Source of the DNA: Jimgerdemannia flammicorona
Lineage: Eukaryota
Length of the DNA: 57,763 nt
Direction: 5' to 3'
Assembly: GCA_003990765.1 (NCBI GenBank)
Contig: RBNJ01000018.1
Coordinates: 1-57,763 of the forward strand
Shown: in pieces, positions 24,560 through 38,205 of the stretch
Layout of the letters: every line of letters starts with the position of its first letter
Position numbering within the stretch: the stretch's first letter is position 1
The notes under the pieces: generated by a model
What the model was told of the DNA's origin: nothing
Seen by the model: only the letters and a program-made list of their open reading frames with translations
Database searches by the model: none
Translations under genes and position numbers: made by a program

Positions 24560-27500
24560 TTCTCTTATATAAATTCATGGTACTTCTTGAGTCTGTTCCT
24601 ATATACTATAGTAGGCAGTATGGTCTCTGAGAGTTTTCTAAGCCAGAAGGTAGTTCTCTTGATATCTTGTACATAGAAGGGTCCTTTCCATTTGGGCTCC
24701 AGTTTTCACAACCATGAGGCTTCTATTATATTTTGATACAGTAGGACCTTTTCTCCAATTTGAATGGGTTCTAGAGCCTTGTGATTCTTTTCTATATTCT
24801 TTCTTATCAGCACTTGTAACTTGATGATATAATCTTCAGCCTTCTTTCTGATTTGGTATAGTCTCTGGATTTCAAAGTCAATCTTTCTCCAAGTTAGATC
24901 TAGATTTGTGGCTGAGGTTCCATCAGAATCTTCTTCTCCAAAGAGCAGTTCTTTTGGAGTAAAGTGTGTACTCTGTAACTATATATCTCATAGGTAGAGA
25001 GGGCAGTTGAGAGATAGTTATCCCAATTGTCATATGTGTCTGAGATCTTCACCAGGATCTTCTTAAAGGTCTTGTTGGTTCTCTCTATCTGTCCATTTTC
25101 TTGAGGGTGGTATGCAGTGGTTGTGATATATTAAATCTTATATTTCTGATATATTATCTTGTGGAATCCATTGACAAATTCTGTGTTGTGGTCTGTAGTG
25201 ATTTGCCTTGGTGTCTTGTAGTGGCAGATGATTTCTCAGTACAGGAAGTCAGCTATAGAGAGCATTGACTTCTTGTAATACTCCTGCTTCTATCCATTTG
25301 GTAAAGAGGTCTACAATAACTATTATATAGTGGTTTCCTGATAGTATCACTGGTAGTGGTCCAATGATATCCATTGCAATGTGGTGGAAGGGGATAGGCT
25401 TAATTCTTAATGACCTGGATGCCTGGTCTTACTGATCTTATTTCTGTTTTTGGCACTTATCACACCCTTTGACAAATTGGTGCAGGTCTTTTTCTATCTT
25501 AGGCAACCATATAGTTCTTCTTGCTTTGCTATATATGTTGGTTCCTCCTATGTATCCTTGTTCATATACTTCCTTCATTACTTGATACTTCTTGTATTTA
25601 GATATTACAAGCTTTTCTCTTTTTCTGAGTATGGTGTTGTCTAGTTCAAATTATTTCCAAGTCTGATTGATAATGGTGATAGTTCAGGGTTCAAGATGGT
25701 TGAACATCTTCCATTGTCCAAGATAGCTGATTAATCTATAGTATAGCTCCTTATTTATATTGAATAGTCTTGATGAGAGTGTTTCAGAGTATCCTTGAGA
25801 GTGCATCAGCATTGGTATTGATTCTTCCTGAGTAGTACTTGATAGTACAGTCATACTCTTATAGTCTGTAGATCCATCTGGCATATATTCCTTTGGAGTT
25901 CAGAGTGTGGAATAGCTAGGTAAGAGCAGAATGGTCTGTTTGAATTATGAAGTATTTCCTGGCTAGATAGTAGTAGAACTTGTCTACTCCCCAAACTACT
26001 GCTAAGCATTTAAGCTTATATGACTTATAGTTCTGTTCTGCTCCATGAATATCTCAGCTTAGGAGATAATATATTTATATCTATCTTTCTTCTGAGCTAG
26101 GACTGCTCTAAGTCCTATAGCACTTGCATTTATCTGCAGGATGAACTTGAGGTTCCAATCTGGTCTTCTGAGAATAGATGCTTGGATCAATCTAGTCTTG
26201 AGTTCATTGAAGATTTCTTAGTATTTCTTGGTCCATTCAAATTTGGTCTCCTTCTTCAGTAGCTCATATAGAGGTGCTGCAATGTTAGAGTATCCTTTGA
26301 TAAATCTTCTGTAGTAGGAGGCCAGTCTAAGGAAGATGTAGACTTCTGTAGTTGTTCTGGGTCTTGGGTAGGCTGCAACAGCCTCAAGCATTATGGGATC
26401 TGTGTGAATTCCAGTCTAATTGATGAGGTGTTCTTTTTCTGAGCTGCAAACTTGCACTTCTTGGGCTTGATATAGAGGCCATACTCCTTGAGCTTCTTGA
26501 GGACTAGCTGTATATAGTTAATATGTTCCCATATAGTATTACTGAAGATAATCACATCATCAATATAGACAAAGAGCTATTTTCCAATCTCATTACTGAA
26601 GACTCTGTTCATCATTTGCTGAAAACTTACTGGGACATTGTATATTCCAAATGGTATTCACAGGTGGTATTAGGTGTGATGAAGGCTGATTTCTCACTAG
26701 CATCTTGAGTGAGACCAATCTGATGGAAGCCTGAGAACAGATCTAAGGTAGTATAGTATTTGGCTTTACTTCCAAGAGTGGTGAATATTTGGTAAGAGCT
26801 GCCTATCCTTCTTAGTGATTACATTGAGCTTCCTGTAATCAATGCAGAGTCTTGAGGCAAACTTTCCAGGTTTGCTTCCTTTCTTTGGGGTGAGGACAAT
26901 GGGTGAAGCTCAGGGGCTGATAACTTGCTTGATGATTCTAGCTTCTTCTATTTTCTTAAGTTCTGCTTGCAGCCATTCTCTGTAGGCAGGTGGTATAGGT
27001 CTGGCTTTCTGGTAGATAGGCTTGATATTACCAGTGTCAACTTCATAGTAGTACTTAGGTTCTTGATTATAGATATCTCTGAAGTCTGTAGCAAGTACTT
27101 CTTTGTTCTGGTGCAGGATCTTGAGAAGTTGTTTTTCCAGAGGAAAGTTTTCTCCAATAGTATATATGTGCTTGTTCTGATCCTTGTCTTTCTTATGCTC
27201 AAGTTCAGTAATCTTGGTGGCAGCATAGGCTTCTCTTTCAGTAGATCCAAAGTCTTGTTCTTCTCTCTTAATCTTGATGAGTTCAATGGCTTCAGTGATC
27301 TTAGGCTTCTTGACTTCATGAATCAGCATCTGACCAATCCTGTCATACTTCTTGGCTTTGAATAGAGTGGTGGAGTTGTGATTCCTGACTATAAGGAAGA
27401 TCTTGCCAGTGTAATCAGAGTTAATTACTCCTCCTTCAACTGAGATTTCACTTTTGGCCAGACTGCTCCTGGTCTTGATAATTCTGGCATGGTTTTCTGG

Positions 27501-29810
27501 CAATCTGACTCCAATTCCAGTACCAAGTAGAGTAGTGGTCTGTGGTTTAAGGATAGCATCTTGAATACTGATAAGGTCTATTTCTATGGCTCCTTCAGTC
27601 TTGTATTCTGGGATCTTGGCTTCAGAGTAAAACTTCTTAACCTTGAGAGTGATGTCTGGTTCTTATTCCTCCTCATCATTGCTATCAGCTTGAAGCTCTG
27701 GGGGCTGGTCATCTTCTTCAGCTTTCCTTTTTGCTTCAGCAGCTTCTTACTCATGTTTTTGTTGGCAAATTTTCCTGACTTCACTGATACAGGACCAGCA
27801 GTCATTCAGGTGTTCAGAGCAGTACATCCTAGTACCATGGGGGCATCTTTCTTGAGGGGCATAGATATTGATAATCTTGTTGTATATACCACTGCTCATC
27901 TGTGAGCTTAGGTGTCTTGCTCTTATTCTTATACACTGAGTGTATGAAGACTTCTGTGTCTTCTTCATCTCCTTCCTCCATGTCTGATAGTACTCCTTTG
28001 TGGATATTGATAGAGACTTGTACCTTTCTTCCTCTATAGTTGGTCTGTATCTTCTAAACATTGAGGTCAATGACAGCCTTGGCCTTGTAAAGCCATTGGT
28101 TGCTAATGAGGATGTCATAGTTGGTGGTGCTTATAACAATCATATCTACTGGAATAGTAGCTCCTCCTATCTTAATGGAGTCTTCTTAGATCTTACCTAA
28201 GGGGGTAGCTCATGTACCATCTGCTATAATATAGACTATCTTGATAGACTCTTCAATGTCCTAGCCTAGGTGGTCAATTGCCTTCTTGCTTATAAGACAT
28301 CCTCTAGCACTGGTATCAATGATAGCATCAAAGATATAATCTTCAATCTGACATAGAGCATAGGCTGATGTCTTACACTGATCTTCAGATTCTTCACCTG
28401 AGTCTTTGGATTCTTCTTGTGCATTGTGAGCTTCTATAATTTTGTACTCTTGATTCTTGACAGTGGTTGCAAGTCCTACTCTCAACTGCTGTCTGAAGGC
28501 AGAGACTTCAGCTAGTTGTCCAAAAGTAGTATTGACCTTCTGTTCCTTGAGGTTCTTGTAGATATCATACTGGTAGATCTTGGTCTTATACAGCTTCTGT
28601 TCTTTCTTGCTTTCACTTTCTCCTGAGACTAGAGTAGTGCCTTCAATAATTTGGCAGACAGCTTTATCTAACTCCATGTCTTGGTCAATCTCCTCAGGTT
28701 GGGTCTTGCTTTAAATAGTAATAGCTGAAGTCTTCTTTGGTCTTTCCACTGGCTTGTTGTTGCCCTTCTTATCATAGAGCTTAGACCAGGTTCTGGTATC
28801 TTCAGTGACAGAATAAAATTCAGACTTCTCATAGTATTCTTCATCATCAATATTACCAATCTCCTCAATGACTACTGTATTAGTTTATTCTCTGGTTCTA
28901 GTAGCATTACTTAGTTGGGCTTTGCATCTTGTTTTGATCATACAACTCTTTGTATAGTGGCCTTCTTCTCTACATCTGAAGTATATGATATTGCATTCTT
29001 TTATAGTAACTGCAAATCTCAGTACTGGTCTCCTATTGGTGCTTCAGACTTCTCTAACAATATCACCAAGGTATGCAGTCATCTCATCAAACTGCTTGAT
29101 AAGTTCCTCTACTGGATCAGCTTTGGCTGTCTTAGGGGTAGGTGGGAATGGTTGTCTGTTTACAACTATAGTAGGTATAATACTGATTGGCTTTGATGGC
29201 TCTATCTTAATACTAGTTATTTTCTCTATTGAGTGTTCAGTAGGATGTCTGGTAGTCTAATATCTCTGTACAAAGACCACTTTTCGGTCAATAGTCAGAG
29301 TAGCTGGGATAGATCAGATTTCTAGGGTAATTTTAGAGTGAACTCCTTTCAGGAAGGTTGAATCAGCTATTTGGTCCTTAAGGCAGTCATCATAGCCAGC
29401 CAAGACAATCTGGTGGCAGATTCAGGTGTAGAATAAGTTGGGATCTTCACTAAGTCTCTGGCAGATAGTGTTGAGTTAATCCTTGAGAGCTTACTTGATC
29501 TCTTCAGTATAGTATATAGTTCTGAGGAAGGTCTTCATGTTGGCAAGTTTGGCTGCACCAGCATTAGCAATGATGACTATATTAAACTTATCTCTGGCAG
29601 GTCCTCTGAGGCTGACAGGTATAAGAGCCAATTATGCATCCACACTAAGGGCTTGTATGGCAGTAAATTGTTCAAAGTCTTCAATAAAGATCATAATTGA
29701 CTCTTTAGTAGTATATCTATAAAATGTAGAGGGACATATTTTTATCTTGTTTTGAATTCTTACAGGGGTGACTCTTGTAGTCAGAGTAGTTGTTGTGGTG
29801 GTTGTTCATT
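24560..29810 (-). pseudogene. pol: Family A gag-pol (gag, knuckle, PR, dUTPase, RT, RNase H, integrase; no chromodomain)
   Basis: YFRCREEGHYTKSC knuckle ~28950; IIDTSARG protease ~28310; RSSLA..EGGVINSDYTG..RIGQ dUTPase; LDLFSGFHQI, VYIDDVII (RT); IAMDIIGPL, TAYHPQENG, WKGPF (IN). Confidence 0.92.
27230..27640 (-). pseudogene. dut: dUTPase domain of family A, between PR and RT
   Basis: Motifs GAIEIDL, TRSSLA, GGVINSDYTG, RIGQML, REEQDFGST. Confidence 0.88.
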
Positions 29811-29865
29811 TTTCAACTTGAAAGTGAGATATTCATCTTGAATCACCAGCCAATAGATACCAAGT

Positions 29866-31425
29866 TGTCATATAATAGTCGCTGAGTTCTTCAAATATAT
29901 CAGATTCTCTTCAAGATATATCTCTTAGACTAACCACAAGTTTGTTATAAGCAAGTTCTTATTGGAGTGCCTTCCCAAGGTCTTATAGTTCTCAAAATTC
30001 TTATCTTTAAACTGTCTTATTATCTCTTAGATTGCTTGTAAGAAATTGAGAGTAAGTGAACTTGACTGACTTTATTTCAAAGGAAATAAGAGAGGTATTT
30101 ATACAAAATATAATTCAATGGTTGCTAAGTTATAAAGCTAAATATAAATTCCAATAACCAAATAAAATACTAGAACACAGAAAACTATAATTGTCTGTAT
30201 AAATAGTCACATAAGTTTAGGATATCAGTAGAATTTTAGTGGTATAGGAAAAGGATACCAGAAGAATTTCTGGGTTATACAAGATCAGAATGCCAGAAGA
30301 ATAACAGTTATACAGGAAAAGGATGCTGGTAGAATCTGGTATTACCAAGAACTTAAAGCAAAATATTCAGAACTATGGAGGATTCATTCTTATCATCACT
30401 GAAGGAGATGAGATCTACAAATATTTCATCTGTTTCTTGTACTTTGTGCATCTCATATATGTTGTGTGGGATGACATCATTGCTGATGATGCTATCACAT
30501 TCAGCAGCAGGGAGAATAAGGAGGTCTGGGACTCTCCAATCTATGACATTCTTTTCTACAAAATAAGAAACAAATGTGAGGTCCTGGAGAGGTCTAATCT
30601 GGATGCTGGGACCTTGAAATACTGAGATCCATTGTTGTAGAAATTGATCAGAATTATCCTTGAGGATAGGATTCCAGAACTCTCCTACCTCATCACTGTT
30701 GAGGGTGATAGTAGACTGGGCTTTTGTGGCCACTATGGCCTCCAGTCCATTAGTGCAGTAAGCTGATAGTTCCTTGAAGTCTGAGATCCTAGTATACTCT
30801 AAGTTGGGGATTGACCATGGTGCATGTCTGAAGATCTGATGAATCTTCTTTACTGTTCTTATTTCTTATACATTTATGAGAGTTGTATCTTGTATTTCTT
30901 GGTAACTAGTCTGAGAGAATTCCAGACAGAGGAGGTTTCCTATTTCATACTCCTGCCACATCCAGATGCATTCAGTAGTAATAGTGATCCTTGTTTCTAT
31001 TTTATAGCAGTAGAGAATATAATGATAGGAGTCACCAGTACTCAGATTGATACTAGGAGTCCTGCTTATATGGGTCCTCATATATAGCCCTTCTGATGTC
31101 TTGGAACATCCTATTCTAGACTGAGGGGCCTTAGTGATTCCTGGACCTTGAGGTTTGGTGAGTGACAGGTATTTTGTTTATAGTAAGTCTTTAGAACTAT
31201 TTCTATAAGTTTTGTTTAGATTGCTGCTACTGTAGTTTCTTGATCCTTCTTTTATATTCTTCAAGATATCTGTCTTATAGTCACAATGACTCATAGTTGA
31301 TCATCATTGCTCATCTTGTAGTCTGGATGAGTCATGCCATATAATCTTCCTATACTCTGATCTGGTGGCTTGTAAGGAAATACTATCTTCTGTGCTGATG
31401 TCATTATTCTGAGGTTACCATTATA
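29866..31425 (-). repeat. 5' LTR of A2 (accessory ORF fragments 31081-30866 and 30733-30353)
   Basis: Colinear with 22645-24200; differences mostly transitions. Confidence 0.92.
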
Positions 31426-33348
31426 CCATATATATATAGCTTATATTCTTTATACTTCTATAAGAGAATTTTATGCTTACTGGATATTATCTTATATAAT
31501 ATTAATAATTTCTTATATAGTCAGTATTATAGCTCATATAATAGCTATAGAGGTTTAAGAGTATTATATATAGTTTAAGTAGAATGAGGTTATTTTAATA
31601 CTTATACTTATACTATTATTGTATATGAACTCAGCTAAGGTCAGTTTTCATCCCAATTATTTTGCTTTTAGTTATAATAGATACTAAGTATCTTCTTTAG
31701 AATTTAGTTGATTTTTTCTATTTAGCTGTCTATCTGTAGATAATAGATAATAGATATCTTGAGTTATACTCCTAAATCTTTGAAGAGTGCTTGTCAGAAA
31801 TTACTTATAATTTTACATCTCTATCAGAGACAATTACTAATAGTAATTCATAGAGATGAAATACACTATTAATAAAAAGTTGTATTATTTCTGAGGCTAT
31901 TATAGTAATGATAGTTATGGTGAAATAGGCTTGCTTACTGAAGTAATATACATATAAAGATAATAATTATATCTCTTTTCTTCTTAGTCTTTAGTAGCTA
32001 GATAATAAATCCATTCTAATATGATCTTAGTTTTGAGTAGATATTAGTAGTTACTGCAATGTTTTGGCTAATACTTGATTGCTAGATTGTATCTTCAGCA
32101 GATATTATAGAATATAATATAGTTCTTGATCTCAGCTATTATTTTAGATCAGTAAAAATCTTTAGCAATATGTTAGTATATTGAATTAAATCTCATATAT
32201 CTGACTATAGATATATTATATGGTTCTTATAGAATTTGTAAGTAGATAGAGTATTGAAAATCCAAATTCATATGTATATTATTAAGATATATATATTCAT
32301 TTTAGATGAAAAAATTCTTATATATCTTCTTTATAATATTACTTCCTTTCTTAAAGATTTGTTTGACAATTTCTTATATATTTATATCTTTGATATACTC
32401 TTTCTTAACTTCTTCAAATAGATTGATAACAATATTGCTAATTACTATAAAGTCATTCTTCTGAGTACTTCAGAAAAGTATATCAGCTATTTTATTCTTA
32501 ATACTGACAATATACTTAATCTTAACATCAAAAAGTATAAGGGTTTATATTCATCATATTTATCTTTCTATAAGGATTGATTGTGTCTGGATATATCAAA
32601 GAGCTTTATAGTCTGTTCAGAGAGTAAACCTTTTGTCAAGAAGGAAATATTACTATATTTATAGTAATCAGATAATAGTAATAAGTTTTTTATCTTATTT
32701 ATATAGTTCTTCTAATACTTATTTAATTTCTGAGATAGATATATAACTGGGTATTTATGTTGAGTTAAAAAAGCTCTAATGGTAATTTTTGAAGTATTAA
32801 TAGTGATCACAAAGAGTTTTGTAAGATTAGAGCTATCAGGATTAGTGTGTCAGACAGCATTCTCTTAAGAGTATTTATAGCTATGGTATATTCTTCAGTT
32901 TATTCTTTTTTGATATTAGTTCCTTTTTAAAAAGACTTGTAAGTAGAGAGGTGATTGCTGAAAATCTCTGAATAAATCTTTTATAATATCTAGCTAATCT
33001 ATTAAATCCTTATAGAGACTTAAGGAGTTTCAGTATAGATTGTTTTAGTTTTCTTTAGATCAATAGCAATACTATTTACTGAAATGATATATGTATCCTA
33101 AGTATTCAATTTCCTTCTTGAAGAAATAATATTTCTTTCATTTTGCTAAGAGCTTATTTTTATAAAGTATATCAAAAACTATTTATAGATATTGTTAGTA
33201 GATAATATTACTTATACTGTATACTAGAATATCATTTAGATATACTAGAATGAATACTTTAAGATATTTCTGAAATATATCATTCATTAATATCTGAAAG
33301 ATTGCTGATATATTATTAGTGAGACTGAATAGTATCATATAAATTTAT

Positions 33349-33684
33349 CCCTTAGGTTGTAAAGCAGGCAAATATGCCTGCAAAAATTATGATACTTATA
33401 TATTTTAGCTAATATTTATTTTATTAAATTTTAAATTATTGTTTTACTTATTATAACAATTGTATTTTTTTATTTATAATTAGAATATACCAAATTTGGA
33501 AATTATTTTTTTATGTTTGTTATAATTTTTTTATATATAAATTATTTAGTAAAACTTTATTTTACCTTTTTTAGAAATTGTAAAAATAATATATATTATT
33601 ATAGATATTATGGTTGATTATATTTTAGCAGACAAATTTGCCTGCATCTTTAAATTTGACTTCGTTTTTCTTACAGATCATGGG
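33349..33684. mobile_element. 336-bp non-autonomous DNA element with CCC...GGG ends (CMC/EnSpm-like MITE)
   Basis: Interrupts D2 RT; AT duplicated on both sides; imperfect TIR CCCTTAGGTTGTAA / CCCATGATCTGTAA; subterminal palindrome GCAGGCAAATATGCCTGC near each end. Confidence 0.65.
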
Positions 33685-35301
33685 ATAATATCCAATCTTG
33701 TTTGAAATGCAAGCTTTGAGATATCTTCTTCTTAATGTAAATTTAGTAATATCTAAAAGTAAGATTAATAAGTAAAAAAGTCTTAGTATTATACATTTAG
33801 TCAAGAATATTATTAATCTATAGGAGTATATATATATTAGTTCTTAATAGAGATCTTGTTAAGTATTATATATATTATAACAGTGATCTCAGAATGGTGA
33901 CATCATTACAGAAGACAGCCTTTCCTTACAAGCTACCAGATTAGAGTATAAGAAGATCATATGGCATGACTTATTCAGGCTACAAGATGAGTAATGATGA
34001 TAAATCATAAGTTATGATGGCCACAAGATAGATATCTCAAGGAATATAAAAGAAGAACCAGGAAACTGCAGTAGTAGCAACTCAAACAAGACTCACAAAA
34101 TCCTGAAATAGTTTGAAAGACTCACTATAAACAAAATATCTATTACTTGCCAAATCTTAAGATCTAGAAACTACTAAAGCTTCTCAGTCTAAGAAAGAAT
34201 ATTCTAAGACATTTAGAGAGCTATGAGAAACTACACCAGAAGGATTCCTAGTCTCAATCTGGGTACTGGTGACTCTTACCACTTTATCCTCTATTACCAT
34301 AAAATGAAGACAAAGATCACTACTGCTACTAAATGCCTCTAGATGTGACAGGAATATTAAATAGGAAACCTTTTCTGCTGAGAATTCCCTTAGACCAATC
34401 TCCAAGAGATATAAGATGTTACCCCTATAGATGTATATAAATTGAGAGTAGCCAAAAAGATCCATCAGATCTTCAGGCATATACCTTAATCAATCCCCAA
34501 CTTAGAGTATACCAGAGTCTCAGACTTCAAGGAATTGTCAGCCCACTACACAGATGCACTAGAGGCCATAGTGGCCATAGAAGCCCAATTCATTATCACT
34601 CTCAAAAGTAATAAGGTAGAAGAGTTCTAGAATCCCATTCTCTAGAATAATCTAGATCAATTTCTGCAAAGATTGATCTCAGTATTCCAAGACCTTAGTA
34701 TTCAGATCAGACCCTCTCAAGATTCCACCTTTGTCTCCTACTTTGTAGAGGAAAACATCACAGATTGGAGAGCCCCTGATCTCCTTACCACTGCTACCAA
34801 ATAGGATAATATTATCAGTAATGATATCATCCCATTAATCAACCTGTACAAAATATATGAAATAAATAAAATACTTACAGAAACATTCACTGATCTTATT
34901 TTCTTTGAAGACATTCTGTCCCCAACCTCTAGCCTTAATGATAGTGATGAAAATAAAGCCCCCAGAATTTTGAACATTTTACTCTAATTTATTTATATAA
35001 CTATTTGTTTGAATACTCAAATATTCTGGCATTCTGACCTCTTATAACTGTCAGAAATTATTCTAATATTCTGATCTTATATAACCAATTGTATAAGCAC
35101 TTGAATTTGTACTTACAACCTGAAGTTTCCTATGTTTAAATATCTTATTTAGTTATTAGATTTTATATTTAGCTTTATATCTTAGCAACTATTAAATTAT
35201 AGTCTGTATAAATACCCCTGTCATTTTCTTTAAAATAAAGTCAGTATTAAAAAATTCAAGCATATAAGTATCCAACTACTCAAGAGCACAAAAGTTCTAG
35301 T

Positions 35302-37363
35302 TATAAGGGTACAACCTCCAAGCCACTGAAATCACATGTTACTCTCAGAACAAATCCAGAAATCATATGCAAAATTACAAAGCTAAGTTAAACCAAAGTC
35401 ACAGAACACAAAGCTGAGTCAACTCAAAGTCATAGAATATAAGATTTATACAAATGGAATCTTACCAATCAGGACCAAATGTATATATACCAAGTACTCA
35501 GATGTGTCAAAATAGAGAACTACAACAAACCAAACAAACAACCACAACTCTCAAATATATATACAACCATGACCACTGAGATCTACAACTGCATCTGTAC
35601 TGACATTTAGAATACTATTATCAACTGAGCCACATCTCTCCTGCCTCTCATGAACATTCATAGCCTGGTACCTCTCTACTTTGTGGAAGTCTGATGGAAT
35701 GCCCTGAACATGCTCAGTGAAGCCTATTAAATTGGACAAATCTTAAGCTACTACCAGATTGGCTACCTCCTAGAAGATATGATTGAACACCACTATGATA
35801 CAGACATTACTCAGATATCTCAATACTAGAAACTAATTACCTGCAAACACCAGAAACTCTTTTATAAGTACAGTACCTTTATTCTCTACCTCTGAGTTAC
35901 TACTGCTAAAATGGTTGCCACTCTGTCCTATAGCCAAATCAATGATATGGTACAAGAACTCAACCACAAGTATATTGAGTATATTCAAACTACTGATAGA
36001 ATCTTTCTGTATCCCAATGACTATATCCTGCAAATACCCCAAGTTGGATATACTATGAAGGATATCTATGATATAATCTAGTTTGATAATGATGAAGCAG
36101 AAGATAACAATCCCTCTGATGCTGACATGATCTCTAGCCAAGGATCACTGCTAGCCCTAATCATCCTGCCAACCTTACTAATGAACTTATAATAGTTCAT
36201 TACTATCTATAAGACCTATTGGGATAATGATCATTGGTACAAGTACCAACCTGCATTCATACCCAACTACTTTAACTACAATGAAGAGATCAGAGAATAC
36301 AACCTATATCTCCAGACAATCCTCAAGACTGAACCAACAACCCTACCTCTCAAGTATATACAAAATGAGCCACAACTACTAGTATACTACAACCCTACAA
36401 CTCATAGCACTGTAACTTATAGAAGATATACAGATAGCAAATTCAATGAAAGAGAAAATGATGTACCCCTCCTTTACTCACTAACTCTATATCCAATATA
36501 TGAGACAGATGATACTATCCTGTAGGATGGTAATATGATCTCAATGTATTATTATCTGAGCAAATAGAGAGAAATAATTCAAGAACTACTCTTCCTAGAT
36601 AACTACTTCATCAGAGATGATATCATCAATGGTAATGTCATTGAAGACTACCTAGACAGTGTCTAAATCTATAGAAAGCTTAGCAATTATTAGTATAGTT
36701 AGATTAGTCTTATATGATATAACTGTATACTGACTCAGCAGTCAGACAATCTCTTGATATGTCAGTTCACACTTATACTACATAACTGCATTCTGACTCA
36801 GCAAGACACTAAGTACTATATCCATATTTTGCACAGTCCAGATAGCCTCTCATTAGTATATATTTCCCCTCTCCCAAACCTCAGAATCTCAGACTAAAAC
36901 AGACTTAAACAGATGAAAATAATCCAAACATAACTTCTGAATACTTCTCTACAATATCTCTTCACACAACTATTCCTAGTATAGTAATATTATGAATAGT
37001 AAATAAATCTATTTAATAACTCACAAATCACTCTTAAGTAAACATATACTCTGTTAGATCTCACTTTTAACCATATTATGAAATTTCCTAATTGGGTATT
37101 GTCTACAGTGATATGCTAATTCAACTAAGCTGTTCTTAATTTCTTGAACTTTCTGAAATACAGAAAATCCTATACATCCAGAACAAGTCCAAAAAAGAAC
37201 TTTAATTGCGATATCAATCTGATCTTAAAATCAATAAGTATAGAGAATATACTTCATATAAAATTGATCTTGGTCTAAAGAAAATAGTCTTCCAGAATAT
37301 CCAGAAACTTCCAGAAAACCCTTCCAGAACTACATAATGGTACTTTTATAGTACTCTCTTACA
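35302..37363 (+). repeat. 5' LTR of element B
   Basis: TATAAG...CTTACA; colinear with 45483-47533. Confidence 0.9.
35569..36700 (+). pseudogene. Accessory ORF inside LTR-B (second copy from 45750)
   Basis: One frame reads MTTEIYNCICTDI*N...SYYQIGYLLEDM...KHQKLFYKY...MVATLSYSQINDMVQEL...YWDNDHWYKYQPAFIPNYF for >300 codons; several stops are sense codons in the other LTR; end approximate. Confidence 0.7.
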
Positions 37364-38205
37364 ACTTGGTAGTAGTAGTTTACAATCTAATTTCACTTCA
37401 AGATACTTCCTCACTCTGCTATAAACCTCTATGAGAATTCCTATAAGTTAGTATAAAGCCCAACCTCTGAACTGGAATTTATCCCAAACTATCTGACAAT
37501 CTGGAGAAAATTGAATCTGATATATAATGACAATTTGACCTCCACACCTGCAACAAGTGAGACAGACTTTATCTGCAAAAAGAAATACTCTAACTAAATC
37601 AGCAGATAGGCAAAACTCAATATACTAAACTTCTTGCTCTATACCCTGCTAGTCAAGATGAAGAAGGTCTTATAGAAGTCTTTTTTACTTTTCTCAATAA
37701 GAGTTTTGTTAGCTCTACAAATCCAAGTGATCTAGGATAACCAGCAATCAATTTTCTAGCCTTAGTTCCTCATAAAGCCTGAGCCTCCATAACCAAGTAG
37801 CTCAACTCTACTGACTATTACTATACCAGGACTAAGACTGTCTTATACTACCATTTTCAGAATTGCAAGGCCTGTCATATTCTTAAAGAAGAAGCCAGAG
37901 AAACCCTTTGTCAACAACCTGATCCCAAACCAGAAGCAGGTTCAGCTTCAGCCCTACCTGAAGCTGAGATTTATATAGAACTAGATCAAACTCTTAAATT
38001 AAGTCCATCTAAAATCTGTTATACAACTAATACTATCTACTTTAATGCTGAACAAACCAAATTACACAGGGACCAAAGTGAAGAGGAGGAGGAGTATCTC
38101 AGTGAATTTGATCCCAGATACACTACTGAAGGAGACACACCTCTATCAGGACAAAATATACCTATACAGCAACAGATAGTTATCTATTATAACGGTGACC
38201 CCAGA

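Larger units (their letters stand above)
22645..31425 (-). mobile_element. Full-length family A Ty3/Gypsy element (copy A2), LTR-gag-PR-dUTPase-RT-RH-IN-LTR
   Basis: LTRs 22645-24200 and 29866-31425; PBS TGGTATCTATTGGCTGG next to 29865; PPT AGGAGAAAGA at 24201-24210; TSD CTAT/CCAT. Confidence 0.93.
21931..33875 (-). mobile_element. Second family D copy (D2), truncated; host of A2, a MITE and A4
   Basis: 21931-22644, 31426-33348 and 33685-33875 are colinear with 2270-4515 and 11390-11890 (accessory ORF start, chromodomain, IN, RH, RT). Confidence 0.85.

Noticed and set aside
35241-35245. TCAGT as the left TSD of element B
   Set aside because: It is a normal part of LTR-A (AATAAAGTCAGT) 56 bp before the LTR-B start; the true flank is CTAGT at 35297-35301.
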